DNA from: Agarivorans sp.
Lineage (GTDB): Bacteria; Pseudomonadota; Gammaproteobacteria; Enterobacterales; Celerinatantimonadaceae
DNA length: 64,000 bases
Direction: 5' to 3'
NCBI RefSeq assembly: GCF_050295395.1
Contig: NZ_JBNKPP010000092.1
Location: 21,654 to 85,653 of the forward strand
Shown: piece by piece, positions 51,056-59,781 of the stretch
Layout: every line of letters begins with the position of its first letter
Numbering within the stretch: position 1 is the stretch's first letter
The notes under the pieces: model-generated
What the model saw: only the letters and a program-made list of their open reading frames with translations
The model's database searches: none
What the model was told of the DNA's origin: nothing
Position numbers and translations under genes: made by a program

Positions 51056-51499
51056 TTAGCCGACTAATTGTTTCTCTTTAATTTCGGCTAGAGTTTTACA
51101 GTCGATGCATAAATCAGCAGTAGGACGAGCCTCTAAACGGCGGATCCCAATTTCTACACCACAGGCCTCGCAGAAGCCGAAATCTTCGTCGATCTTCAGC
51201 AAGGTTTTCTCAATTTTCTTGATCAGCTTACGTTCGCGGTCGCGAGTACGAAGTTCAAGACTGAATTCTTCCTCTTGAGCTGCGCGGTCTACTGGATCAG
51301 GGAAATTAGCCGCTTCATCTTTCATATGCGTTACCGTGCGGTCAACTTCTTCACGAAGTTGGTTACGCCACGCTTCAAGAATAGTGCGGAAGTGGTCTAA
51401 CTGAGCATCGTTCATGTACTCTTCGCCAGGCTGAGCTTGGTATGGTTCAACCCCTGCGATAGAGAGCACACCTAGTGTTTTCTTTTTGCCGTCTGGCAT
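51056..51499 (-). CDS. dksA: RNA polymerase-binding transcription factor DksA
   Basis: [12 protein letters not shown] start at 51499, [10 protein letters not shown]4 zinc finger. Confidence 0.97.
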   Translation of the reverse strand: MPDGKKKTLGVLSIAGVEPYQAQPGEEYMNDAQLDHFRTILEAWRNQLREEVDRTVTHMKDEAANFPDPVDRAAQEEEFSLELRTRDRERKLIKKIEKTLLKIDEDFGFCEACGVEIGIRRLEARPTADLCIDCKTLAEIKEKQLVG

Positions 51500-51968
51500 A
51501 CTTCTCTCCCAAATTCCGTGCGACTTTTTTCGATAAAACAGTCGAGGATGTAAATTAGGCGGGTATCTATAGCAGAAAGGCAAACGTACCGCAAATGAAT
51601 TGCTGATAATTTGCTAATCCCGCCTAAGCTAGGTAACAGAATTAGACCTTTATGTTGGTTTTTTAATCACCCCTTGGTCGGTGTTGGAACTGAACGTTTA
51701 TTCACAAAAATGTAACTTCTTATACCTAATCATCTAGCTGTAAATTGTGGCGAATGCCAGTTTTAACTAAAGGATAATGTTCAGTCTGAGCTGTACACCG
51801 AAGAATACAAAAAAACTATCAAGCATCAGTTAAACGGGCGAGCTATGCGCCCAAATTCTCAAGTGCTCTTTTACTGCTGAAGGCAACGCTTAGCAAAGCC
51901 CTCATTAGCGGTTTCGGTTCGCAGTGATTTGTGATTGGTTTTGTTTGCAATAACCCAACACTGGCAGC

Positions 51969-52637
51969 TTATTGCGCCGAGGGTGGGGCCATAAATTCAA
52001 AGTATTGCGATAAATTCGGTTTATAACACAACACTTCCACACCGGCTTTTTTCGCTTGTTCAAGTAACTCTGCATACTTAGGGTCAATGTGTTTGGCGGC
52101 TTTAACTGAATTAATGCCGCTATGCAAAATGGCGAACAGCAGCACCGCGCGATGGCCGGCTTCGACAATTTTAATTAATTCCAGCAGATGTTTTTGACCA
52201 CGTTGAGTAACGGTATCGGGGAAGTAACCTTGAGCGTTTTCCAGTAAGGTGCAGCTTTTTACCTCCACAAAACAGGTCTCATTGTTGCGGCTTAGCATGA
52301 AATCAATACGGCTATCACCGTATTTAACTTCTGCTTGTACTTGATAGCCTGACAAAGACTCGATGGCCCCAGTGCGCAGTGCATGTCCAACAAACTCATT
52401 GGCTCTGGCGGTATTCACGCAAATCAGTCCATCACGTTCGGTGAGCTCCCAAGTATGCTGATATTTGCGTTTAGGGTTGTCGCTAGTGCTGTACCAAATT
52501 ACATCGCCTGCGCTACCACAGTTGGTCATTGCTCCGGTATTGGGTACGTAAATCGTGCTGCTGTGCTGGTCTAGTTGCACATCGGCGAGAAAACGCTTGT
52601 AGCGCTTAATTAGTATTGCGGGTTTAACTTTGATCAT
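51969..52637 (-). CDS. sfsA: DNA/RNA nuclease SfsA
   Basis: [31 protein letters not shown]. Confidence 0.95.
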   Translation of the reverse strand: MIKVKPAILIKRYKRFLADVQLDQHSSTIYVPNTGAMTNCGSAGDVIWYSTSDNPKRKYQHTWELTERDGLICVNTARANEFVGHALRTGAIESLSGYQVQAEVKYGDSRIDFMLSRNNETCFVEVKSCTLLENAQGYFPDTVTQRGQKHLLELIKIVEAGHRAVLLFAILHSGINSVKAAKHIDPKYAELLEQAKKAGVEVLCYKPNLSQYFEFMAPPSAQ

Positions 52638-52817
52638 TTAGTTCACTTTAGGTTACGGCATCTGCAGCACATGCAGTGGCTTAGCTGCGTGTCTGTTTTT
52701 ATATTGGCGCATGCTAACACCTAAAGTAGGCAGCGCAGAAGGGCTGAACATAACTTGGGTCATAGGGCGGCTTTCGCTACACTAGGCGCGTTTATATTAT
52801 GATTTTAAGGACTGACC

Positions 52818-55283
52818 TTGAGTGCATTGCCCATAGCTCAATTGTTTCCCGAGTTATTAGCTAAGCTTAACCAGCAGCGACAATTTGTGATTGGTGCTCC
52901 ACCAGGGGCGGGCAAGTCCACCGCCTTGCCTTTAATGTTGCTGCAACAAGCTAAGTTGTCGGGCAAAATTATTTTGCTCGAGCCGCGGCGTTTGGCGGCG
53001 CGAAATATTGCTCAGTTTCTTGCCTCTCAATTAGCCGAGCCCCTCGGGCAAACGGTGGGATATCAAATGCGTGGCGAGCAGCGCTTATCGGCCAACACCC
53101 GTTTGGTGGTGGTCACCGAGGGGATCTTAACGCGTTTGATTCAAAATGATCCCGAGCTTAGCGATGTGGCGATGATTATTTTTGATGAGTTTCATGAGCG
53201 CAGCATTCATGCCGACTTAGGTTTGGCCTTGAGCTTGGAAGTTCAGCAAGTATTTAAGCCCGAACTTAAACTGATGCTGATGTCGGCAACTTTAGAAAAT
53301 CAGGCTTTAATGTCCTTACTGCCTGAGGCGCTAGTGCTAGAAAGTGCTGGGCGCAGTTTTCCGATTAGCTATAGCAATCACCCGATAAAACGCGATTGGC
53401 AGTGGGCCGATAATTTGGCTCAGTTGGTATTGCAGGCGGCGCAACAACAAAGTGGCAGCATGTTGGTGTTTTTACCGGGCAATGCCGAAATTCGCCAGTT
53501 AGCTGAACGCCTGAGTGGGCGCTTGCCAGATGAACTGAGCTTACATCAGCTCTATGGCAAGTTGAGTTTGGCCGAGCAACAGGCGGCGATTGAGCCCGCA
53601 ACAGCGGGGCGACGTAAACTAGTGTTGGCGACTAATATTGCCGAAACCAGTTTAACCATTGAGGGCATCTCTTGTGTGATAGACAGCGGTTTAGAGCGTC
53701 AGGCTAGTTATCACGCTAGTAGTGGAACTACCCGCTTACAAACTAAAATGATCGCTAAAGCTTCGGCGATTCAGCGCGCTGGGCGGGCTGGGCGTTTGCA
53801 GGCGGGGCATTGCTACCGCGCCTATAGCGAAGAGCAATTAAACCATCGTCCCTTTGCCAATCCGCCGGAGATTACCCGCAGTGAGTTAAGCCGCTTGCTG
53901 ATTGAGTTACAGCAATGGGGAGCCGAGGCCGAGGACTTGCAATGGTTAGATCCGCCGCCCGCTGCCCATTTGGCGCAAGCGCGCGAGCTGTTAAGCGAGC
54001 TTGGTCTAGTCTCTCAAGGCCGCTTGAGCAATGCCGCTCAGCAGCTTGGTGCGAGTGGTTTATCCCCGCGTAGTGTTGCCATGTTGCAACAAGCGCAGTC
54101 TTGGCAACAGCAGCTATCGCAGCCTAGCTTGTTATGGCGCGCCTGTGAATTAGCCGCCTTTCTGGATGTGAGCGGGCCATTACCTGATGGCCCGCTGGCT
54201 CAGGCTTTGTTGCAATTAAAAGGCGCGCTAAAACAGCAATATCAGCAGCAGTTGTCGCGCCTAGCACAGCGCTTTAATCTTCAACCCGCGGCTAGCATCG
54301 CCGAACACTGGGATGGCTTGCTACTGGCACAGGCTTTTCCCGACAGAATTGCCGTCAAGCGCCAAGGGTGCAGCTATCATAGCAGTGGTGGTTTTGGTGT
54401 GGAGGTAGACCAACAGCAGCACTACCTAGCTAAGCAAACGGCCTTAGTGGTGGTTGAACTGTTTTGGCCGGAAGGGCATAAGCAGGGCAAGGTGGCATTG
54501 GCCTGTGAGTTGGATTTAGCGCTGTTGCAAAAATATCAACCAGGCCGCTTTAGTGCCCAGTTACACTGTCAGTGGTCTGATAGCGCCAAGCGCATCGTGG
54601 TGGAGCAACAGCAGCGTTTGGCACAGCTAGTGCTAAGTAGCCAAGCGGCAGAACAGGTGCCCGGAGAGTTAATAAGCCAAGCGTGGTTGAGGCAAATTAA
54701 TAGCAAGGGTTTGGCTTGGTTACCGTTGGATGATAAGGCCCTAGCTTGGTTGGAACGGGTGCGCTGTGCTGAGCAATGGTTTAGTGAGTTGGGATTGACT
54801 GATTTTAGCGAGCAGGCCCTGCTTGATGATGCCGAGACTTGGTTAGCCCTGCAGCTACAAAACTGCCGTAGTTGGCAACAGCTGAAGGCAGTGGATTGGT
54901 TGGGCGCCTTAAAATCACGACTCACTTGGCAACAACAGCAACAACTTGAGCAAGTCGTACCGAGCCATTACCTAGCGCCTTCGGGGAATAAAGTGGCAAT
55001 TCGTTATCAGCTCGGTCAGGCGCCGGTGGTATCGATTAAGCTACAAGAAATGTTTGGTCAGCCGCAATCGCCGATGCTGGGCAATAAAGTGGCGATTACC
55101 TTGGAGTTGCTCTCTCCTGGAGGCAAGCCCTTGCAACTAACTCAAGATTTAGCCAGCTTTTGGCAATCCGCCTATGTTGAAGTGAAAAAAGAAATGAGAG
55201 GGCGTTATCCTAAGCACCCTTGGCCTGATGATCCGGTGGCGGCGCAGGCTACCCATAAAACCAAGCGGCAGCTGGCTCGTTAG
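52818..55283 (+). CDS. hrpB: ATP-dependent RNA helicase HrpB
   Basis: APPGAGKST, DEFHER, MSAT, QRAGRAGR, RYPKHPWP. Confidence 0.96.
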   Translation: MSALPIAQLFPELLAKLNQQRQFVIGAPPGAGKSTALPLMLLQQAKLSGKIILLEPRRLAARNIAQFLASQLAEPLGQTVGYQMRGEQRLSANTRLVVVTEGILTRLIQNDPELSDVAMIIFDEFHERSIHADLGLALSLEVQQVFKPELKLMLMSATLENQALMSLLPEALVLESAGRSFPISYSNHPIKRDWQWADNLAQLVLQAAQQQSGSMLVFLPGNAEIRQLAERLSGRLPDELSLHQLYGKLSLAEQQAAIEPATAGRRKLVLATNIAETSLTIEGISCVIDSGLERQASYHASSGTTRLQTKMIAKASAIQRAGRAGRLQAGHCYRAYSEEQLNHRPFANPPEITRSELSRLLIELQQWGAEAEDLQWLDPPPAAHLAQARELLSELGLVSQGRLSNAAQQLGASGLSPRSVAMLQQAQSWQQQLSQPSLLWRACELAAFLDVSGPLPDGPLAQALLQLKGALKQQYQQQLSRLAQRFNLQPAASIAEHWDGLLLAQAFPDRIAVKRQGCSYHSSGGFGVEVDQQQHYLAKQTALVVVELFWPEGHKQGKVALACELDLALLQKYQPGRFSAQLHCQWSDSAKRIVVEQQQRLAQLVLSSQAAEQVPGELISQAWLRQINSKGLAWLPLDDKALAWLERVRCAEQWFSELGLTDFSEQALLDDAETWLALQLQNCRSWQQLKAVDWLGALKSRLTWQQQQQLEQVVPSHYLAPSGNKVAIRYQLGQAPVVSIKLQEMFGQPQSPMLGNKVAITLELLSPGGKPLQLTQDLASFWQSAYVEVKKEMRGRYPKHPWPDDPVAAQATHKTKRQLAR

Positions 55284-55444
55284 CGCTGTTTGGTTACATC
55301 GAAGGTACCCAGCCTATTTCTCTTTAAGCAGGGCGCATTTTCACTTAAAAAAACACCGCGGTGAGAGTATCCTAGGGCCTCCTCAAATGAAGCGACCTTA
55401 GCGTGGCTGGTATTATTTATTCGCATTTTTAGTAGTAAGGCAAT

Positions 55445-57832
55445 ATGAGTCCTAAAAAGCCCAGTTCTGCAGCCAAGAAACCCACAAGTAAAGCCGCACC
55501 GCGTAAAAAGGCCGGAGCTAAACCAGCGGCCAAGCGGCGCGCTAGTTCTGCGAAAAATAAGTCTAGTGCTAAGTCTTCATGGAGCAAGCGCCTATGGCAA
55601 TTAAGTTGGAAGCTAGGCGTAGTGGTGATGGTGATGTTACTCGCTTGGGGGGTGCTGCTTGATAGTAAAATCCAGCAGCGTTTTAGCGGCGACAAGTGGC
55701 AGCTTCCTGCGGCGGTGTACGGCCGTGAGTTACAGCTTTATCCGGGGCTGCGTTTAAGCCGCAAAGAGCTGCAAGATGAATTGGCGTTACTTAACTACCG
55801 CAAGGTGAAACGTGCTCGACGTGGCGGCGAATATGCTGTGTCGCAAACCCGTATTGAAGTGGTGCGGCGTCAGTTTGAATTTGCTGACGGCCTAGAGCCC
55901 GAGCTGCCGATGTTGCTCACGTTTAGTCCTTCTCGTCTAACCAAGATCCAACATCGCGATAGTGGTGAAGAACTCGCGCAAACCCGGTTGGACCCAGTAT
56001 TACTAGAGCGGCTTAACGTGAGTGAGCAAGAAGACCGCTTGTTTGTGCCCTTGCAGGACATTCCTGAGAGTCTGAAGAAAGCCTTGATCCTCACCGAAGA
56101 TCGCCAGTTCTATCAACATGATGGTGTCTCGCCCTTGGCGATTGCCCGAGCCTTGGTGGTGAATGTAAAAGCCGGACGCACAGTGCAGGGTGGCAGTACC
56201 ATTACTCAGCAATTGGCTAAAAACTTCTTCCTTACCCGCGAGCGCACGCTGTGGCGTAAGCTGCAAGAGGCCTATATGGCCTTGCTAATCGACTTTCGTT
56301 ATAGCAAAGATGAAATTTTAGAGAGCTATTTTAACGAAGTTTACCTTGGGCAAAATGGCAGCAATGCGGTGCACGGCATTGGCCTTGCCAGTTATTTCTA
56401 CTTTGGGCGTCCGGTTAGTGACTTAAGCGTAGAGCAGGTTGCTTTATTGGTGGCGGTTATCAAGGGGCCATCCTATTACGACCCTTGGCGGCATCAGCAA
56501 CGCGCCTTGAATCGTCGTGATTTAGTGTTGCGTATTTTAGCCGAAGAAGGGGAGCTATCTTCCGAAGCCTATCAGCTGGCGGTGCAACAGCCGTTAGGTT
56601 TGAGTGAGCGTGGTAGCATGGGTTATCAAAAGACCCCTGGATTTGTCTCGTTGGTGAAGCGGGAATTACGCCAGCATGCCAGCAATTGGCGTGAGCATAA
56701 TGGGGTGAAGGTATTTACCACTCTTGATCCTCTATCGCAGCGCCATGCGCAAACCGCGGCTCAGTCGGTATTGGCTGAGTTGGATAAAGGCGCGAAAAAT
56801 CAGCTGCAAACGGCGATGGTGATCAGCGAACGCTATAGTGGCGCGATCCGCGCGTTAATTGGTGGTAGAGAAGAGAATAATCAGGGCTTTAATCGAGCTT
56901 TAGATGCGCGCCGTCCGATCGGCTCTTTAGTCAAACCCTTTGTCTATCTCAGTGCTTTTGAACAGGGCCATCAATTGGGCGAATTATTAGAAAATAGCCC
57001 CTTAAGCGTGCCCTTGGATGACGGCAGCCAGTGGCAACCGCAGAACTACGATAAAACCACAGGTGAAGCTGTTATGTTAGTGGACGCCTTGGCTAACTCT
57101 TTGAATATACCTACGGTTCGGCTCGGCTTAGCACTGGGCTTAGACTCGGTCGTCAATACCTTGCATAAGGCCGGTTTGCAGGAGCAGGTTCAAGCTTATC
57201 CTTCGTTATTGTTAGGCAGCCTCAGTCTTTCTCCTTTCCAAATGGCTCAGCTCTATCAAACCCTAGGCGGGGATGGAGAGTATCGTCCCTTGTATGCAGT
57301 ACAGCAGGTGAATGATGCACATGGCCAGGTTTTATATCGCGCCGACCTGAGCGCCGAGCGACGTTGGTCGGAAATGGGCAACTATTTAACCCTTTATGCA
57401 ATGAGCCAAGTGACGCGCAGCGGCACGGCGCGTTCTTTAAAATGGCGTATTCCCAAGGTGGATTTGGCGGGTAAAACTGGTACCACTAATGATTTGCGTG
57501 ACAGCTGGTATGTGGGAATTGATCAGCGTGAGATTATCACCGTATGGGTGGGACGAGATGATAACAAACCAGCTGGCGTAACGGGATCTTCAGCTGCGCT
57601 GCCGGTGTATGCAGCCTACTTGAAAACCTCTTACCCGCAATCGTTGAGGCCGATGCAACCGGATAATTTAGCCTGGGTGCATTTTGCACAGGCGAGCGGT
57701 CAACCGGTGGCGGTCGGCTGTGGCGAGACTCAATTATTGCCGGCACCTGCTGAGCAAACTAAATTAGCTAAAGGCTGTGTAAAGCAGGCCGCAAGCAAAG
57801 CTAAAACTTGGCTACAAAGCCTATTTAACTAA
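55445..57832 (+). CDS. mrcB: Penicillin-binding protein 1B
   Basis: UB2H domain, EDR.F..H, QGGSTITQQL, GS.VKP, KTGTT; basic low-complexity N-tail. Confidence 0.95.
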   Translation: MSPKKPSSAAKKPTSKAAPRKKAGAKPAAKRRASSAKNKSSAKSSWSKRLWQLSWKLGVVVMVMLLAWGVLLDSKIQQRFSGDKWQLPAAVYGRELQLYPGLRLSRKELQDELALLNYRKVKRARRGGEYAVSQTRIEVVRRQFEFADGLEPELPMLLTFSPSRLTKIQHRDSGEELAQTRLDPVLLERLNVSEQEDRLFVPLQDIPESLKKALILTEDRQFYQHDGVSPLAIARALVVNVKAGRTVQGGSTITQQLAKNFFLTRERTLWRKLQEAYMALLIDFRYSKDEILESYFNEVYLGQNGSNAVHGIGLASYFYFGRPVSDLSVEQVALLVAVIKGPSYYDPWRHQQRALNRRDLVLRILAEEGELSSEAYQLAVQQPLGLSERGSMGYQKTPGFVSLVKRELRQHASNWREHNGVKVFTTLDPLSQRHAQTAAQSVLAELDKGAKNQLQTAMVISERYSGAIRALIGGREENNQGFNRALDARRPIGSLVKPFVYLSAFEQGHQLGELLENSPLSVPLDDGSQWQPQNYDKTTGEAVMLVDALANSLNIPTVRLGLALGLDSVVNTLHKAGLQEQVQAYPSLLLGSLSLSPFQMAQLYQTLGGDGEYRPLYAVQQVNDAHGQVLYRADLSAERRWSEMGNYLTLYAMSQVTRSGTARSLKWRIPKVDLAGKTGTTNDLRDSWYVGIDQREIITVWVGRDDNKPAGVTGSSAALPVYAAYLKTSYPQSLRPMQPDNLAWVHFAQASGQPVAVGCGETQLLPAPAEQTKLAKGCVKQAASKAKTWLQSLFN

Positions 57833-57846
57833 ATTAAGGAATCGAG

Positions 57847-58500
57847 ATGCTACAAGCAAATCAGGCACAAATAATGTTGCAACTGCAAGATAAAATGAAT
57901 GCCAAGGTGAATCCTGAGTGGCTAACCACTCGCTCTCCCTTTTTGCGTGCGGTGATAATAGAAGGGGCCGAGGCTATCGAACACCATGGTTGGAAATGGT
58001 GGAAGAAACAAGATTGTGACTTGGCGCAGTTGCAAATGGAGCTGGTAGATATTTGGCACTTTATTTTGTCAGAGTTACTGCTGCAGGCCGAAGGTGACCA
58101 GCAGCAGGCGCAAGCGGCGATTTTTACTGATATCGACCAGCAGAGTGTGCAGTTTGACGGACAAGATTACCATTTTGCCGAGCTGGGACTACTGCACAAG
58201 CTGGAGTTGTTAATTGGCTTAGCGGCGGCAAAACGCTGTAGTATCGGTTTGTTTTCCGCTCTGCTGGTGGATTGCCAAATGTCGTGGTTGGAGCTGTATC
58301 AGCAATACGTGAGTAAGAACGTATTGAACTTCTTTCGTCAAGACAATGGTTACAAACAAGGAACTTACCGTAAAACTTGGGATGGTCGTGAAGACAATGA
58401 ACATTTAGTGGACTTGATGACGCAATTGGACGCTTCCGCTGACAGTTTTCAGGATGATTTGTACCAAGCGCTACATCAACGTTACGCTGTCTCAAAATAA
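57847..58500 (+). CDS. Dimeric all-alpha dUTPase (dUTPase_2 family)
   Basis: E..E...HHGWKWWK, E.VDIWHF, K..LN.FRQD.GY motifs. Confidence 0.88.
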   Translation: MLQANQAQIMLQLQDKMNAKVNPEWLTTRSPFLRAVIIEGAEAIEHHGWKWWKKQDCDLAQLQMELVDIWHFILSELLLQAEGDQQQAQAAIFTDIDQQSVQFDGQDYHFAELGLLHKLELLIGLAAAKRCSIGLFSALLVDCQMSWLELYQQYVSKNVLNFFRQDNGYKQGTYRKTWDGREDNEHLVDLMTQLDASADSFQDDLYQALHQRYAVSK

Positions 58501-58695
58501 TGTAGCTTTTGATACAAATTGGCGCAGTAATGCGCCATAATTGCGCAGTATGCCCTCTACTAAAAACTGCAAATTTTAGCGAGCTCAGCATATTTAACTA
58601 TTTGTTATTTGTATTTTGGTTTTATTGATCAAGAGATAGGCTTTTCAAGCATATACTGTTGGGTATCTCAATATATCCTGCCTTACAGCATACAC

Positions 58696-58712
58696 TTGGC
58701 CTTGATATTGCT
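58696..58712 (+). promoter_or_regulatory. Candidate sigma54 promoter
   Basis: TTGGCCT-TGATA-TTGCT with correct GG/GC spacing. Confidence 0.55.
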
Positions 58713-58779
58713 CTAGTAATAGTAAGTCTGCAATAAGGCGACTTAGATTAAATTTTTCAAAGTAGTAGAGGTAATAATT

Positions 58780-58869
58780 ATGGCTTTTTCAAGTTTTCGC
58801 GGTGCTTCAGGTGCAACCTTTTGTCCAAGTAAATCTAACGACCAGCAAACTCGTCGTGAAACAAAGTAA
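58780..58869 (+). CDS. Candidate 29-aa small ORF
   Basis: GAGG RBS, MAFSSFRGASGATFCPSKSNDQQTRRETK*. Confidence 0.4.
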   Translation: MAFSSFRGASGATFCPSKSNDQQTRRETK

Positions 58870-58903
58870 GTGGCTAGCCACGCGGTGCAAAAACCAGTGA
58901 ATA

Positions 58904-58929
58904 AAGCGCTTATCTACAACTAAGCGCTT
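58904..58929. terminator. Shared terminator hairpin between two convergent small transcripts
   Basis: AAGCGCTTA-TCTACAAC-TAAGCGCTT perfect 9-bp stem; TTTATT follows on the minus strand, CTGCTTTTCTT on the plus strand. Confidence 0.7.
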
Positions 58930-58967
58930 CTGCTTTTCTTGATAGACTTTGGCGCAATTGCCTAGGT

Positions 58968-59144
58968 TTAATTGGCTCTAGGCCGATAGCGATCATTGAA
59001 ATGACTCGCCTCATCGATATGTTTTAACTGGCTTAACTCACTGAAATAGAGAGACTTAGCTGAGTTTAGTGGTCGAGGCTGGTAATAACGCTTAGCCCTT
59101 GGCTGAGTGGTAATAAACGTTTCTTTTTGTATGGCTTCAAACAT
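58968..59144 (-). CDS. Unannotated 58-aa protein downstream of a SAM-II-like riboswitch
   Basis: AAGGAG RBS 6 nt before ATG; MFEAIQKETFITTQPRAKRYYQPRPLNSAKSLYFSELSQLKHIDEASHFNDRYRPRAN*; below the ORF-track length cutoff. Confidence 0.7.
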   Translation of the reverse strand: MFEAIQKETFITTQPRAKRYYQPRPLNSAKSLYFSELSQLKHIDEASHFNDRYRPRAN

Positions 59145-59174
59145 ACGAACTCCTTTATCTTAGTTCGCGCGCAG

Positions 59175-59228
59175 GGCGCTTTAGCTGTATTTGTTAGCCG
59201 CCCGCAAGTTGGCAATAAATCGGCGACA
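59175..59228 (-). ncRNA. SAM-II-type riboswitch aptamer
   Basis: GUCGCC-GAUUU-AUUGCCAAC-UUGC-G-GGCGGC-UAACAAAUACA-GCUAAA: P1 stem plus the GAUUU, UUGC and GCUAAA core elements in order. Confidence 0.8.
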
Positions 59229-59233
59229 CCCTT

Positions 59234-59262
59234 AAGATATACTTTAGACGTCTAGATGTCTA
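59234..59262 (-). promoter_or_regulatory. sigma70 promoter driving the riboswitch transcript
   Basis: -35 TAGACA (59262-59257), 17-bp spacer, -10 TATCTT (59239-59234); predicted +1 at the start of P1. Confidence 0.65.
59246..59261. promoter_or_regulatory. MetJ operator (two tandem Met boxes)
   Basis: AGACGTCT (8/8) + AGATGTCT (7/8). Confidence 0.88.
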
Positions 59263-59350
59263 ATCCCTTTTGCTTCCATCTCATAATTTTTAGTTATTTC
59301 GCTTGCTCACGGTTAGACTACAGATAAGTGATTGAGTGAGTAGATCTTAA

Positions 59351-59710
59351 ATGTTGCGTTTGTTTACCATGTTAATGGCTTGGCTGGCGGTAGTGCTGGG
59401 AACCATTGGCATCTTTCTTCCCTTATTGCCCACCACACCGTTTATTCTATTGGCGGTGATGCTGTTTTCCCGCAGTTCCCCGCGCTTTGAGGCTTGGTTG
59501 CATAATCACCCTCGGTTTGGCCCGCTGATTAACGATTGGCGCAACCATGGCGTGGTAAGTGTAAAAGCCAAGTGTAGCGCCACCATCATGGTGGGCTTTT
59601 CCTTGGGCTTGATGCTGTGGATGAAGCTACCCCAATTGGCTATGTGGCCAGCTATCGCCTGTTTAGCCGCGGTAATGATATTTTTGTGGACTCGCCCTTC
59701 CCAAAAATAA
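59351..59710 (+). CDS. ybaN: YbaN (DUF454) family inner-membrane protein
   Basis: GIFLPLLPTTPF.LLA, RSSPRF..WL..HP.FGP.I.DW. Confidence 0.9.
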   Translation: MLRLFTMLMAWLAVVLGTIGIFLPLLPTTPFILLAVMLFSRSSPRFEAWLHNHPRFGPLINDWRNHGVVSVKAKCSATIMVGFSLGLMLWMKLPQLAMWPAIACLAAVMIFLWTRPSQK

Positions 59711-59781
59711 CCGTGTGCTCTGGCTCTTTGTCTATAATTAACTTTTTAGTTAATAGTGGCTTTGAATAGTGGGGGAGTTGA

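Noticed and set aside
51775-51860. 18-codon plus-strand ORF and GGGCG/CGCCC hairpin upstream of dksA; also ORF 51905-52168
   Set aside because: SD is only 2 nt from the ATG. The hairpin is explained as an sfsA terminator, and the longer ORF overlaps sfsA in another frame.
52638-52817. Absence of ligT/thpR between sfsA and hrpB (and of can next to hpt) relative to E. coli
   Set aside because: Ordinary lineage variation; no pseudogene remnant recognised.
55445-55580. Lys/Ala/Ser-rich histone-like stretch
   Set aside because: It is the charged cytoplasmic N-tail of PBP1B, not a separate DNA-binding gene or DNA repeat.
58519-58534. TTGGCGCAGTAATGC as a sigma54 promoter
   Set aside because: GG-to-GC spacing is one base too short.
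58872-58880. CTAGCCA as part of a Qrr sRNA core
   Set aside because: Only 7 nt match; the GGGTCAC and ACTGACG flanks of Qrr are absent.
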